A DNA stretch of 64,000 bases from Carcharhinus amblyrhynchos. Its lineage: Eukaryota. Shown one piece after another: positions 35,061 through 48,438 of this stretch. The stretch is taken from NCBI GenBank assembly GCA_965287045.1, contig OZ336872.1, positions 121,706,001-121,770,000 of the forward strand, in the 5' to 3' direction. A program made the position numbers and the translations under genes. The notes under the pieces were generated by a model. The model made no database searches. It was not told where the DNA came from and was given only the letters and a program-made list of their open reading frames with translations. Position 1 is the first letter of the stretch; every line of letters begins with the position of its first letter.

Positions 35061-38000
35061 ATCTTGATATCCACATTTAAAAGGGAAATAGGTCAAAATG
35101 AATTGCAAAGCAGACGATTCTTTCCTCTCTTTAATAGAACAAAGATATCCCATGCAGAATAGGAGGGAGTGCTTTAAAGAGAACGCAATCGAGAACAGAG
35201 ACAATAATAATGGAGAAAGTTGTGGCAAAAATGTTTAAATAATTATTGAAGCTCTTCCCTCTTTGATCATCCTTTTAAGTTTCCTATCGCTCACTATTAT
35301 TGATAGTTATTTAATTATTGAGTAGCCTTATCATGTGACCGTTTCCCTGGCCAATAAATGTTTGTAATGTGTTCTAACAGTAACCCTAATTAATTTCACT
35401 TGTTTCTATTCTTTCACGAAAATTATTTTTAAACTTTAACACAGGATGCTCATTTTAGATTTTTTTTCTTTTAAACATTCAAAGGCCATATTGGCATTGC
35501 CTATGTCCTTTTGAGAAGGTCTCAGCTAATGTTCAGTTCTGACTGTTAGAAGTCCACTTGCCTTCAATGATATCTCTTAGGAAGGAATTTAGTCTCGCCC
35601 AAGATAATGACACCAGTTTTTAGGCTGAATCATCAGAACATTCTTTTGCTAAAGAATAAGGCATTTAAAATTGTGAAATAGACAGAAATTAAATGTTGTT
35701 TTTCTTTAGCTATCTAATATGTGTCCGAAAAAGGCTTTAAAAATTTCCAATGGATTCTGAAGATCTTAAATGATGTTAACCCGTCTTTAATTAAATTCAG
35801 AGTGGGCCCTGTGTGCAAAGGACTCTGGGTAATAACCTTTCACCCTATTCTGCAAAGAAACAAAAAGTAACCATTTAATCAATTCTAAAATGTAATGTCA
35901 TAATTATATGTGAATTCTGCTTTATATCTATATTTACTGAACTACCTCTATATCCCATGACATAACATCCATTGTCACCAAACACGGACACTGGTTTTGG
36001 TGCTAAGTGAAGCTCGAGACCAAATCAATAAACCAGCTTCCAAAGATCTATATTTTTCACTTTATATTGTCTTTTCTATTTCAGTGAGGGAAGGATTACC
36101 CAAACTTTTCTACTTTGTGGATTACTTGCATACAAATATGATAGCTTCTTACAGGCCACACGTAAATCAACGATCACATTCATTTGAAAATGCTCCAAGG
36201 TGTCATGCTACCAGCCAATGATGCTCGGCTTTATTTGCCAGCTTTGCTTGCCGATGAGGCAACAGTGCTAAGACCCATCCTTTAAAAATTTCCAAATTCG
36301 TACACTGAGCTAATTCTGTACAATCTCAATTAAGACAGATACTCTTCCAGGAAGTAGATTAGATCAGTAGCCTTACCTTAATGTCAATGGCCAATGATTT
36401 TGGATCAGTTCTGTGCAGACAGTACTTCATGAGTCACTTTCTGGTTTGAGAATCGAATTGTACAGACTCACTCCCTGTGTCTGGAGGTTGTACAGTAGAA
36501 CCATTGCGGTCTTAAGAATAATCTAACAACATTTCATTCCTGTGCGCTTGTCTGGAAAAATTTGGCAAACTTTACAGTCCTTGAAGTTACTCCTGATAAG
36601 AAGGATACAAATGATGGCTGTCAGCAAATAGAAATACTCCCCAGTAGAACATATAAAACTTTAAACCAAGGTGTTATAAAGCTTGGTTTCTAATTAAATC
36701 AAAATACAATTCTAACTAAAAATACACAATACAAATCTATGTTTGACAGCTTGCAGGTAAAGCAGATTTCCTTTACAACATGAACATTAAGCCAGACTAT
36801 TAATCTTCTAACGACTTAGCCAGTATGACAAAGGGAGCCAATACTAAATTACAGGGAACACTGGTATTAATGCAAACATTTCACATCAAATACTTGCACC
36901 ATTTGTCCTGACTGGGTATCTCTCTCTTGTCCTGACCTAGAATCTTGTCACGTGTTGTAGAATGAATCGGTAACTTGTCTCCAGTAGCCACAGGGGAGAG
37001 TTTGACTTGTCTCGGACCACCTCTGTTGTTGAGTTACTTGCTGCATGAATTTAAGCCCCACTAAAAACGATTCACAACTTGACACTCCACCAAGTGGCCA
37101 GTCACAGGAATAGCCTCTCATTGTCCACATCCTTAAGATCCAACACTTACAACACCTTTAAATTAAGCACCTTTTTAAAAAAATTGTCACAGAAATACAT
37201 TAGACCCAAATTTAGGAAATGAGTGCAGTACAATAAGTTAAGCTGGGCAATATAGAAAGCACTAGATTTTAGACACACTATCCTAGCTTCACCTGCAATG
37301 TCGAAATACGTCTGAAAGGTTCTCCAAAGGGGCATGAGGAAAATAACCAGATGCTAACCAAAGATGGAGGGGAGTGACCAAAAGTTTGGTTGAAGATGGC
37401 TTAAAAGGAAGAGGGGGAAGTGAAAGAACAAGGGAGTAAATTCTAAAATTCCTGAATGCTTGATTGAGAACAGAAAGCCAGATGAAGGAGCAGACGCAAA
37501 AGATACCAGAGTCAAATCAACCAAGAGTCTAGAAGGATTATAGTGCCGTAGATCAAGGTTAACTTAATATTTTTCTAACTGACCTTTAAATAACTGCACC
37601 TAAGCAAGCAATTTTGCACAATAGTCACAGAGATTGGGAAGGCCCTGCTGGTTAAAACATACAGTCATCCACAGGATATAAAGCACCTTTTAAAGCATAA
37701 TTAGTAGGTTCACTGAATGGAACTCATCAACAAAAATAAATTCCATTTCTGCTCCCACCGTCATCATTGACAAAATCACATGAACACATTCCAGATTGCT
37801 TGTAGTTTTTTTTAAACATTTGGAACAATATTTGATTGATGCACAGAACTGAAAAACACTGGGCCATTGTTACATCCTTTGCGACTGTTGGAGTACAAGT
37901 ATATATGCATTTGCCGCACACAGATTTCAGCTGAGGTGATGTAGAAATAGAGTAGTGACTGGGTTGTTTAGAAAGAGGAATGTCGAAGGGGCACAATGAA

Positions 38001-39287
38001 CTGAAACATGAGTATTAGAATAGATGGCTCATATGGGGAAAACAACACAATAAAAGTCTTAATAGGTCAAATGGCCAGTTTTCTGTGTGCTGCAGTGTTT
38101 AATGGGAGTGCACATAATGATTCATGAGGGATCTCATCAATTGTTCTACTGATAGCCCTTCAATTAAATACTTTATTCAGGTGTGGAAATGAAGTCTAAT
38201 TTCTGATTCAGCTCAGCATGGAGTGCCTCAATCACGTTAGGTTAAATATCCACAGTTCATTTGCTTTGCAAACATAGTTTGTTATTGGGAGTGAGAAACC
38301 TCAAACTTTTTCCTCCACTGCTCTACAGATTTCTTGGGTCTGACAGGAAGCCTGCAACTTGCTCTCTGCTAACATTGGTAGATAGAAGGTGTCAGCAGTT
38401 CATGGCTAATCTTCCTCAGAATCCCTGGCCTCCATTCAGCATTTCCTTATATGAGCAGGGGTGAAGAATTCAATGATTCTTCATTGCTTTAAATCGTTAG
38501 CCATGTGCTAATAGCTGGATAGATATTCTGACAGACCAGTCGTTTGGGAAGAGCGCCAATCTGCTTGTGTGTTTTTTTGGGCCTTGCCAGAGGGTCTCTT
38601 TTACCACTTAACAGCCTTATGACAAATGGTCGTTCAGACCAACATCTTCAGCTCAAAAATCAGGTCTGAGTCACTGACTGAATAAGACACTTCAATCCAT
38701 ATTGCTATGTGAAACCCAAGGCTGGAATAAAGTTACTTGTTCAATCACTTAAGGCAACTTGGGTTCTTGGTTTTATAAGTTGAACCAGTTGGCAATGCCA
38801 TTTCTGACAAGAGCTGTTAATATTCCCTCCTCCCCTCTGTTTTGATCAAATGCCTGGTTTGCATTCATACAAGTAACAAAGCCCTTTTCTGTTTCTAATG
38901 CCCTTGATTACAGGCAGGCATGGCCATTCTCTGGAACCATTTGTCAGTACACAGAATTTATTGTGAGTTTACTGAAAGGATTGAAACAGTGAAAAGTTGG
39001 CATTGTTTGATGGAGGGAAAAAAAAAATCAGATCTAAATGCAGGTTTGTTTTTTCCAATCACACATCTTTCATTAAAGAAAAGTTAGTCTTTCTCATCCC
39101 AGAAAGGTTAAACAAAAATTAATAAACAAAGGTTGATGAGTAACAAATTACCTACATCCAAAAAGCCTTTTAAAAAATTTAACAAGATATTTTACCTTCA
39201 CAAGATAAGCACCCACCCTCCCTTGCTGATCTAGAAGTGTGGGACTTGAACTTTTAATCATGTAAAAGGAACAGCTTTGGTGAGATG

Positions 39288-39870
39288 ATAGAACAAAGAC
39301 AATTACAGTACAGGAACAGGCCCTTTGGCCCTCCAAGCCTGCACTAACCATGCTGCCCATCTGAACTAAAGCCTGCTATCCATCTGGAGACGGTGTCCCT
39401 CTATTCATGCCCCTTAACAGTCACTATCATTTCTGCTTCCACTACCTTCCCCAGCAGTGGAAAAAAACTTGCCTCATACATCTTCTGTAAACCTTGCCCC
39501 CCCACCACACCTTAAACCAATGCCCCCTAGTAATTGACTCTTCCACCCTGAGAAAAAGCTTCTGATTATCCACTCTATCCATGCCCCTCAATCTTGTAGA
39601 CTTCTATCAGGTCGCCCCTCAACCTCTGTCATTCCAGAGAGAACAAACCAAGTTTCTCCAATCTCTCTTCATGACTAATGCTCTCCATACCAGGCAACAT
39701 CCTGGTAAATCTTTTCTGTACCCCTGTCTAAAGCCTCCATATCTTTCTGGTAGTGCAGCGACCAGAATTGTTCCAAGTGCAGCCTAACTAAAGGTTCTAT
39801 AAAGCTGCAACATCACCTGCCAATTTTTTTTAAACGCAATGAGTTGGCCAATGAAGGCAAGCATGATGTT
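39288..39870 (-). mobile_element. CR1 3' fragment
   Basis: Tail CAGGAACAGGCCCTTTGGCCCTCCAAGCC plus ORF2 C-terminal sequence. Confidence 0.85.
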
Positions 39871-39981
39871 TAAAAAAAAACTCTGGTTATAATAAAATGG
39901 AGCTCCTCCTCAATGCCTGGCACTGTAGCATGCAAGACTTCTGCTTCTAAAAGGAATCACATTCCCAGGAACCACAAAAAG

Positions 39982-40589
39982 TATGAAGAAAAGGCAATTC
40001 ACCTAACCAAGCTGGTTCCTTTCATTGAGCTTAATTCCTCCACTCCAATAGGATTCTGCTCCACCCACTTAACCTCCTGAGGATGACGAGTGACAAGGCA
40101 AAGCTCGCTGTTGAGTTTATCACATTGCTGGAACTGTTTCCATTAAGGACATCTTTTCATGTCTAACCAAATGAACAAAATCAAGTTAACTTAGGGGACA
40201 ATTTCCCTAAAAGGAGGGAACTATCCAAAACCAAAAACTCAAAGCAGTAAGGAAACTTAAAACATGGTTAAAGGGGCCAAAAATGCACCCCAGTCCCTGC
40301 GGTGCTCAGCACTCACTGAAGGCGTTAACAGTCCCCTCAGACTCCACACGCTCCCTTTCCAGGGACACCCAGCCACAAACATAGCCGCATTAGAGGGGCA
40401 GACAGTCAGGTATTAGAAATATGAAGAAAAGACAGTTCACCTAACCAAGCTGGTTCCTTTCATTGACCCTATTTCCTCCACTGCAACAGCATTCTGCTCC
40501 ACCCACTTAACCTCCTGAGGAACATGAGTGACAAGGCAAACCTCGTTGTTGAATTTATCATGTTGCTGGAACAGTTTCCATTAAGGACA
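39982..40589. repeat. 170-bp direct repeat pair (39982-40151 and 40420-40589)
   Basis: Both copies run TATGAAGAAAAG..CACCTAACCAAGCTGGTTCCTTTCATTGA..TTTCCATTAAGGACA with scattered mismatches. Confidence 0.9.
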
Positions 40590-41653
40590 ACATTTATTAT
40601 CAGGCTGCTTTTTTTTATAGCTCTTGTAAGTAACAACCAATTGCAACGCCCATTCTGGTTAGGCTGATTGTTGAGTTGATTGGTGCTTCCAGTTTAAATC
40701 CGTTTCCTTGTTCACACTGTTGATTTTTTTTTTTAACTTCACATGTCCTGAACCTGGCTGTGATCCTATTATTATTTACTTGTTCTGGCCCTCTTAATGA
40801 TGTAATTTGTGCTGTTCAGAATGCATGTCACATGGCGCATACAGATGACTGGTACTTTCTCTAACTCACGATCTGCTATTCCAAACAAGGAGGAACAAAC
40901 ATTCCCTGTCAATGCGATGACTAACTTGGCTAACTGCTTGAGGACATTGATAAGTGATACTAAGTGAGCTCCTCGTACAATCAACAATTTCATTTCAAAA
41001 AGCACAATTCCCAATGACAAATTCGAATTGGTTACTGCTGAGGTTACCCAACCATCAGTGGAAAGAGTGGACGGTAAAATATAAGTAAAGCACATAGAGA
41101 TTGATTCTCAGTTCATTCATGGTGCAAAGCAGGAATAAAGCTGAAAGAAGAAAGTAGCAAGATTGTTGATCAGTTAATGAAAATAGACAATGCTGTCTGG
41201 TACTGTTTGATTGGGAAAGATGTGTATCATGAGAATTGAACCCAGTGACAAATTTTGTGTAACCATTTAATGGTGATAGTTTTGATATCTAAAGTGAGAT
41301 ATAAAATACGAATCTGTAGTTTACGTTGTTACACGTATGGAGATTGTAAGAGTATTATATTTTTGGGACTGTAGCTTTAAGTTTAGAGTACATAAGGGGG
41401 GTCATGTGACCAGCTACAGTCTGCCTGGCAGTAAACTTGGGTGGTTTGATCCTTGGGGGGTCAGAGGAAGCATTGCTTTACTGAGAAGAAGGTTCAAGGT
41501 ACTTACACCTGGAGATAATGGTGGGACTCTCTGGGTTTGCAACAAATACATTCTGAATCTCCCAACATCTCTGAAAGGATGTTGAAGGTACCAGGTTGAA
41601 AGCAGTTGTGTTGTACACTGTCCATTTACTTTTAAGAAGAAGAGGAGTTGAGA

Positions 41654-43320
41654 TCATAGAAATGTAGAAAATAGGAGCTGGAGGAGGCCATTTGGCCCTT
41701 TGAGCCTGCACCGGCCTTCATTATAATCATGGTTGATCATCCAATTCATTAGCCTGATCCCACCTGCCCCCCTTGCCCCCCAGCACCCCATATCATTTGA
41801 TCCCCTTCACCTCCAGTGCTATATCTAACCGCTTCTTGAAAGCATTCAATATCTTGGCCTCAATTGCCTTCTACGGTAGCGAATTCTGTAGGCTGACAAC
41901 TCTCTGGATGAAGAAATTTCTCCTCATTTCTGTCCTAAACTGTCTCCCCCTTACCCTCAGACTGGGACCCCTGGTTCTGGACACCCCACTTATTGGGAAT
42001 GTCCTTCTTGCATCTACCCTGTCTAGTTCTGTTCAAATTTTATAACTTTCTATGAGATCCATAAATTCATAGAAGTGCTACAGTTCAGAAAGAGATCATT
42101 CAGCCTGCACTGACAACAATCCCACCCAGGCCTATCCCCGTAGCCCATGTATTTACCCTGCTAATTGGTGGCACAATGGTTAGGACTACTGCCTCACAGT
42201 GTATGGGACTCGGGTTCAATTCCCGGCTAGGGTCACTATCTGTGTGGAGTTTGCACATTCTCCCCATGTCTGTGTGGATTTCCTTTGGATGCTCTGGTTT
42301 CCTTCCACAGCCTGAAAGGTGCATTGACCTGAACAGGTGCTGTAGTGTGGCAACTAGGGCAATTCCATAGTAACTGCATTGCAGTGTTAATGTAAGCCTT
42401 GCTTGTGACTAATAAATAAACTTTAAAAAAAACTCTAAATCCCCCAGATGTTAAAGGACAATTTAGCATAGCTAATCAACCTAATTGTCATACCTTTGGA
42501 GTGTGGGAGGAAACCAGAGCATCCCGAGGAAATCCATGCAGACACAGGGAAAACATGCAAACTCCACACAGACAGTCACCTGAAGCTGGAATTGAACCTG
42601 GGACCCTGGCACTGAGGCAGCAGTGCTAGCAACTGTGCCATGGTGCTGCCCAGGAATTTTTCTAGGCCTCTGGACTACCAGACCAACATCGTTATTACTA
42701 CACCACCATCTCCCAATATTTCCTTCATTCTTCCGAACTTCAGTGAGTACAATCCTCACCAAGTCAATCTCTTCTCATATGTTAGTCTTGCCATCCATCT
42801 GGTGAACCTTCTCTGCAGCAAGAACATCCTTCCTCAGATAAGGAGAGCAAAACTGCGCACAATATTCCAGATGTGGCCTTACCAGAGCCCTGTATAATTG
42901 CACCAAGACAGCCCTGCTCCTGTACTTGAATCTATAAAGACCAACTTACCATTTTTCTTTTTCACTGCCTGCTGCACCTGCTCATCTTCAGTGACTGGTC
43001 TCATTGCACATTCCCTTCTCCTCATTTACAGCCATTCAAATAGTAACCTGTCTTCCTGTTTATGCCAGCAAAGTGGATAACCTCACACATATTCAAACTA
43101 TACTGCATGTCAACCATTTGCCCACTCACTCAACTTGTCCAAATCACACTGAAGGATCTCTGCATCCTCCTCACAGCTCACCCTCCCACCCAACTTTGTG
43201 TCATCTGCAAATTTGGAGATATTACCTTTAGTTGCCTCATCTAAATCATTAAAATATATATAGTGAATAGTTGGGGTCCCAGCACTGATCCCTGCAGTAC
43301 CTCACTCGTCAGTGCCTGTC
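41654..43320 (-). mobile_element. CR1 3' fragment interrupted by nested SINEs
   Basis: Tail at ~41654, MKKFLL antisense signature, RT-region sequence to GGGATCAGTGCTGGGACCCC. Confidence 0.85.
42066..42650 (-). mobile_element. HE1-like SINE (-) containing a second V-SINE (+, ~42166-42430)
   Basis: The minus SINE body breaks at CCTGCTAAT and resumes at CTAAATCCCC. Confidence 0.85.
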
Positions 43321-43829
43321 ATCATGCCATCAAGCATAGCATTTCCACCAAGAGACATGGCTAATGTGTTTCACATTGCCATGGGGGAGAGGGCAGATTA
43401 AACCATTTTTGGGATCAGGATATAGACTTCTCTAAAAGTCAGTGAATGTTGTAGACAACGGTTCTGTGTGATTGGCAGAAGGAAAAGGCAGCTTGTCCTT
43501 AGCAAGCTATCATGGCAGATATGCGAGGGAGATGGTCTATTATCGAACAGACACATCTTGCAGTCTGGGAGGTTCACCATGACATGGCCAGGAAGAACAA
43601 GCATCATCAGAACACGCTTTGCTACTGGTGGGTGAACCTCCCCAGAAACCGATTAAACTACCTGGAGATGCTCACTTAAACTTATTACACAGTAAAATGG
43701 GGATATCAGAACTCACTGAAAGCCAGGAGAAACTGGAATTTGCTGTAAGGATTGTAATTCAGTGGAGAGTGTAATGGGGATAAATATAAAAGGGAATATT
43801 CCTCTCTTTAGTTTGATTGAAGTGCTGGA

Positions 43830-44980
43830 CAGGCATGTCCACACAAAAATGTAGGATAGAAACGGCAGGATTCAGGAACCAGGGATGACAAGCGAAATCG
43901 TAAGCTTAGTCAAAAGGAAAAAGGAAGCATATGATAGGTCTAAGCATCTAAAAACGGACAAAGCTCTTGAGGAATATAGTGAAAGTAAGAAGGAATTTAA
44001 ATGGAATTAGGGGGACTAAAAGAGGCCATGAAATAGCTTTATCAAACAGGGTCAAGGAGAATCCCAAGGCTTTTAATTCATTATATTAAATGCAAGAGTG
44101 TAGCAATAGAAAGAATAGGCCTGCTCAAGGACAATGGAAGGAAGTTATGCGTGGAGCCAGAGGAAGTGGGTGAGATCCTTAATGAGTACTTTGTGTTGGT
44201 ATTCACCAAGGAGAAGGACATGATGGACTTTGAGGTCAGGGATAGGTATGTGAGCACTCTAGAGAATGTCAATACATTGAAGGAGGAAGTGTTGAGTATC
44301 CTAAATTGTTTTAAGATAGAAAAGGTGACTAAGAAGACATATGGCATGCTTGCGTTCATCAGCCGGGGCACTGAGTACAAGAGTTGGGAAATCATGTTGC
44401 AGCTATATAAAACCTTGGTTAAGCCGCATTTGGAGTACTGCATGCAGTTTCTGGTCAGCACACTACCAGAAGGACATGGAAGCTTTGGAGAGAGTGCAAA
44501 GTAGATTCACCAGGATGTTGCTTGGTCACGAGGGCGTTGACTATGAGGAGAAGTTGAATATACTAGGATTGTTTTCACTGGAAAGATGGAGGATGAGGGG
44601 AGACCTGATAGAGGTCTACAAAATTATAAGAGGTATAGACAGCATGGATAGTCAGAGGCTTTTTCCCAGGGTGGAAGTGTCAATTACAAGGGGGTACAAA
44701 TAAAGGATGAGAGGGAGAAAGTTTAAGAGAAATGTGCGAAGCAAGATTTTCACTCAGAGAGTGGTGGGTGCCTGGAATGCACTGCCAGAGGAGGAGGTGG
44801 AAGCAGGCACATTAGCAACATTTAAGAGGCATCAGGATGGGCACATGAATAGGGAGGGAATAGAGGGATGTGGACTGAGTAAGAGCAGAAGGTTTTTTTT
44901 AGTTTAGTTAGAGTATTATGATTGGCATGGGCTTGGAGGGCCTTAGGGTCTGTTCCAGAGCTATACTTTTCTTTGTTCAT
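43830..44980 (+). mobile_element. CR1 fragment lacking the RT core
   Basis: EEVGEILNEYFVLVFTKE..KI joins directly to KVTKKTYGMLAFISRG. Confidence 0.85.
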
Positions 44981-44985
44981 CGTTA

Positions 44986-45575
44986 TAGAACATAGAACAG
45001 TACAGCACAGTAAAGGTCCTTTGGCCCTTAATGTTGTGCTGAGCTATGTCCAAACCCAAGATCAAGCTATCCCACTCCCTATAATTCTGGTGTGCTCCAT
45101 GTGCCTATGCAATAACCACTTAGGTCCTAAAATGTCCGACTCTACTATTACAGCGGGCAGTCTATTCCACACCCTAACTACTCTCTGAGTGTAGAATCTA
45201 CCTCGGACATCCCTCCTACATATCCCACCATGAACCTTATAGTTATGCCCCTAGTAACAGCTACATTCAGCCGAGGAAATAGTCTCTGCACTCTACCAAT
45301 TGCCCACATCATCTTATAAACCTCTATTAAGTCACCTCTCATCCTTCTCTGATCCAAAGAGAAAAGCCCCAGCTCCCTCAACCTAAGACCTACCCTCCAA
45401 ACCAGGCAGCATCCTGGTAAATCTCCTCTGCACTCTCTCCAATGCTTCCACATCCTTCTTATAGTGAAGTGACCAGAACTGAACACAATATTCCAAATGT
45501 GGTCTCACCAACGTCCAGTATAGTTGCAGCATAACCCCACGGCTCCTAAACTCAAACCCCCTGTTAATAAACGTT
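44986..45575 (-). mobile_element. CR1 3' fragment, tail-to-tail with the previous element
   Basis: LYWTLVRPHLEYCVQFWS; TAGAACATAGAAC tail. Confidence 0.9.
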
Positions 45576-46949
45576 CTTTGAAGTATAAGTTGTGTACAAA
45601 AAGAAAACTGCTTAGCCAATGGTGCTTTTGGACATTTATTCACTAAAAGTTTTAAAATCTGAACTTTTGTGTCATTCTTTCAGCTATTAACTGAAAGTTC
45701 AAATTTCTTTTTAAATGTTATCGGAATTGTAACAAACTTTTGATTTTTGTAGTACTTTCAAACGTAGCTAGTCATTAAACAGCCAATGACTTCCTCTATT
45801 TCTTCCTGTTAACAGAATTGTGAAGATATTTTGATGGCCGCATTCTTGTGGTAAATTTTCTCATGAATGATGCCAGTTTTGAGAATGTAATACATTTCCA
45901 CTTGCAGCATCGAGTAACATCACAAAACAGGTCAAGGATAAAATAGATGAGCTGCTGAGGGAATCCACCTTGACTAGTCAAAATTCACCTGTGCCTTTGC
46001 CATTCCTCTCACTTGCAATCGCTGTGTATATTCTAGAATGAAAAAAAACTTGCATTGACATAGTACCTTTCATAACTTCTCAAATCCCAAAGTACTTTAC
46101 AACCAGTGAAGTACTTTTGAAGTGTAATCACCATTGGAACATGGAAAAAGTGGGAATCAATTTGTGAAGGTCCCTCACTGTCAGACTTAGTGCCTGGTTG
46201 AGGGATCTTGCATTGGGAAGGGGTAGTGCAACTGAGAGCTACCCTCTGCCCTTTCTTCTGACCCCGCCTTGCACCCACCCCCCACCCCAAGCACTCCCAG
46301 CAACCCTAACCCCACAACCCCATCTCCCAACTCAATGTTGTGTGGGTCCTTCACTGATCCCGGGCCTCTGGTGGATGCATTGCCGGCACCTACCACCACT
46401 CACCTGGGATGCTGACAGGTTTGATGAACCGCTGGCTTCAGATTGGCTGGCAGGGTGGGGTTTCCGTCCCCAGGGTTGTTGATTCAGGGGAAGGCCAGCC
46501 ATTGGCTATTTAAGTGCCTGACTAACTCTTGCCAGCTCTCCAGCTGGTGGACAAGACCCAGATTAAATTCCTCCCGTTATCTGGCATGCCCATTGTGACT
46601 GTATAAAAATATGTCTGCAATAATGATTGAAGCAAGATTCAGTTCAGAGATAAGTGGACAGTAACTTCTCCCTTTTTCAATCTGAAATTGTCAGTGGAAA
46701 ATCGAGGGTTCACCCAGTCAGTCAGTCTTCAGGATGTTGGATAGGACAGCTGAGTGAAGATAAACGTTGCAGGTACTTTCCACTACCAATAGAGGGCAAG
46801 AAGCTACCACATCACTCATCACTCTGATTGCAGCAAGTGAACTTGTAAAATTGCAACATGCTTTGCATGAAATTATTGCAGAAGTTTATCAGTATTAGCC
46901 AACGTATGAAACAGCATCGCAAAATACAATGTAGCATCTACTTTGTCTA

Positions 46950-47625
46950 TTGCGATGTAGATCCCTGAAAGTTGGCACCCAGGTTGATAATGTTGTTAAG
47001 AAGGCGTACGGTGTGTTAGCTTTTATTGGTAGAGGGATTGAATTTTGGAGCCGTGAGGTCATGTTGCAACTGTACAAAACTCTGGTGTGGCCGCACTTGG
47101 AGTATTGCGTACAGTTCTGGTCGCCGCATTATAAGAAAGATGTGGAGGCATTGGAAAGGGCGCAGAGGAGGTTTACCAGGATGTTGCCTGGTATGGTGGG
47201 AAGGTCTTATGAGGAAAGGCTGAGGGACTTGAGGTTGTTTTCGTTAGAAAGAAGAAGGTGAGAGGTGACCTAATTGAGGCATACAAGATGATCAGAGGGT
47301 TAGATAGGGTGGACAGTGAGAGCCTTTTTCCTTGGATGGTGACAGCTAACACGAGGGGACATAGCTTTAAATTAAGGGGTGGTAATTATAGGACGGATGT
47401 CAGAGGTAGGTTCTTTCCTCAGAGGATAGTAAGGGCATGGAATTCCCTGCCTGCAGCAGTTGTGGACTCACCCACTTTAAGGGCGTTCAAATGGTCAGTG
47501 GATAAGCATAGGGATAACATTGGAAAACTTTAGGTTAGAGGGTCATTAGGTTGGTTCCACTGGTCGGCGCAACATCGAGGGCCGAAGGGCCTGTACTGCG
47601 CTGTAATATTCTATGTTCTATGTAC
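46950..47625 (+). mobile_element. CR1 3' fragment
   Basis: KKAYGVLAFIGRGIEF..HLEYCVQFWSP; TTCTATGTTCTATG tail. Confidence 0.9.
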
Positions 47626-48165
47626 TTGTTTATGCAACAATAAGTGTGTTGAATTCTGAGATTTAAGGCAATTTTTCTCTGGGGTGCATTGTGTAGGGGT
47701 GGCACAGTGGTTAGCACTGGCACAGTGCCAGGGACAGGTTCGATTCCCAGCTTGGGTCACTGTCTGTGCAGAGTTTACACACTTTCCCCCTGTCTGTGTG
47801 GGTTTCCTCCGGTCGTTTCCTACGGTCCAGGATGGTACTGAGAGATGATATATGTTCTATAGAAAAAAAAGTTGAATCCATTTGGGTGGAAATTAGAAAT
47901 AGTAAGGAGAAAAGTCACTTATGGGCATAGTCTATAGGCCACCAAATAGTAACATCATGAAAAATAAACAAAGAAATAACTGATTCATGCAAAAATGGTA
48001 CAGCAATTATTACGGGGGATTTTAATCTACATATCAATTGGTCAAACTAGGTCAGTCAAGTCAGCCTTGAGGAGTTCATAGAATGTATCCACTATAGCTT
48101 CCTTGAACAGTATGTAATGGAACCTACGAGGGAACAAGCTAACCTAGATCTGGTCCTGGGTAATG

Positions 48166-48438
48166 GAAGTAAGAAGTCTCGCAACACCAGTTTATAGTCC
48201 GACAGGTTTATTTGGTAGCAAAAGCCACGAGCTGATCCTGGGCTTCTGCTGGATGCATTGCCAGCAACTACCAGCACTCACCAGGGGATGCTGACAGACA
48301 TGATGAACTGCTGCCTTCAGATCGGCTGGCAGCTTTCAGGGGGCGGGGATTTGCTACCAAATAAACCTGTTGGATTTTAACCTGGTGCTGTGAGATTTCT
48401 TACTGTGTTTACCCCAGTCCAACACCGGTATCTCCACA
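48166..48438 (+). mobile_element. PLE-end-bounded insertion carrying foreign sequence, 12-bp TSD
   Basis: TCCTGGGTAATG at 48154-48165 and 48439-48450; inverted PLE ends at ~48168-48233 and ~48350-48438. Confidence 0.85.

Noticed and set aside
40770-41260. Possible very old PLE relic or exon
   Set aside because: Only faint similarity to family B and no splice-bounded frame.
41327-41645. Solo LTR-like segment starting TGTTAC
   Set aside because: No second LTR, CA end or TSD was identifiable.
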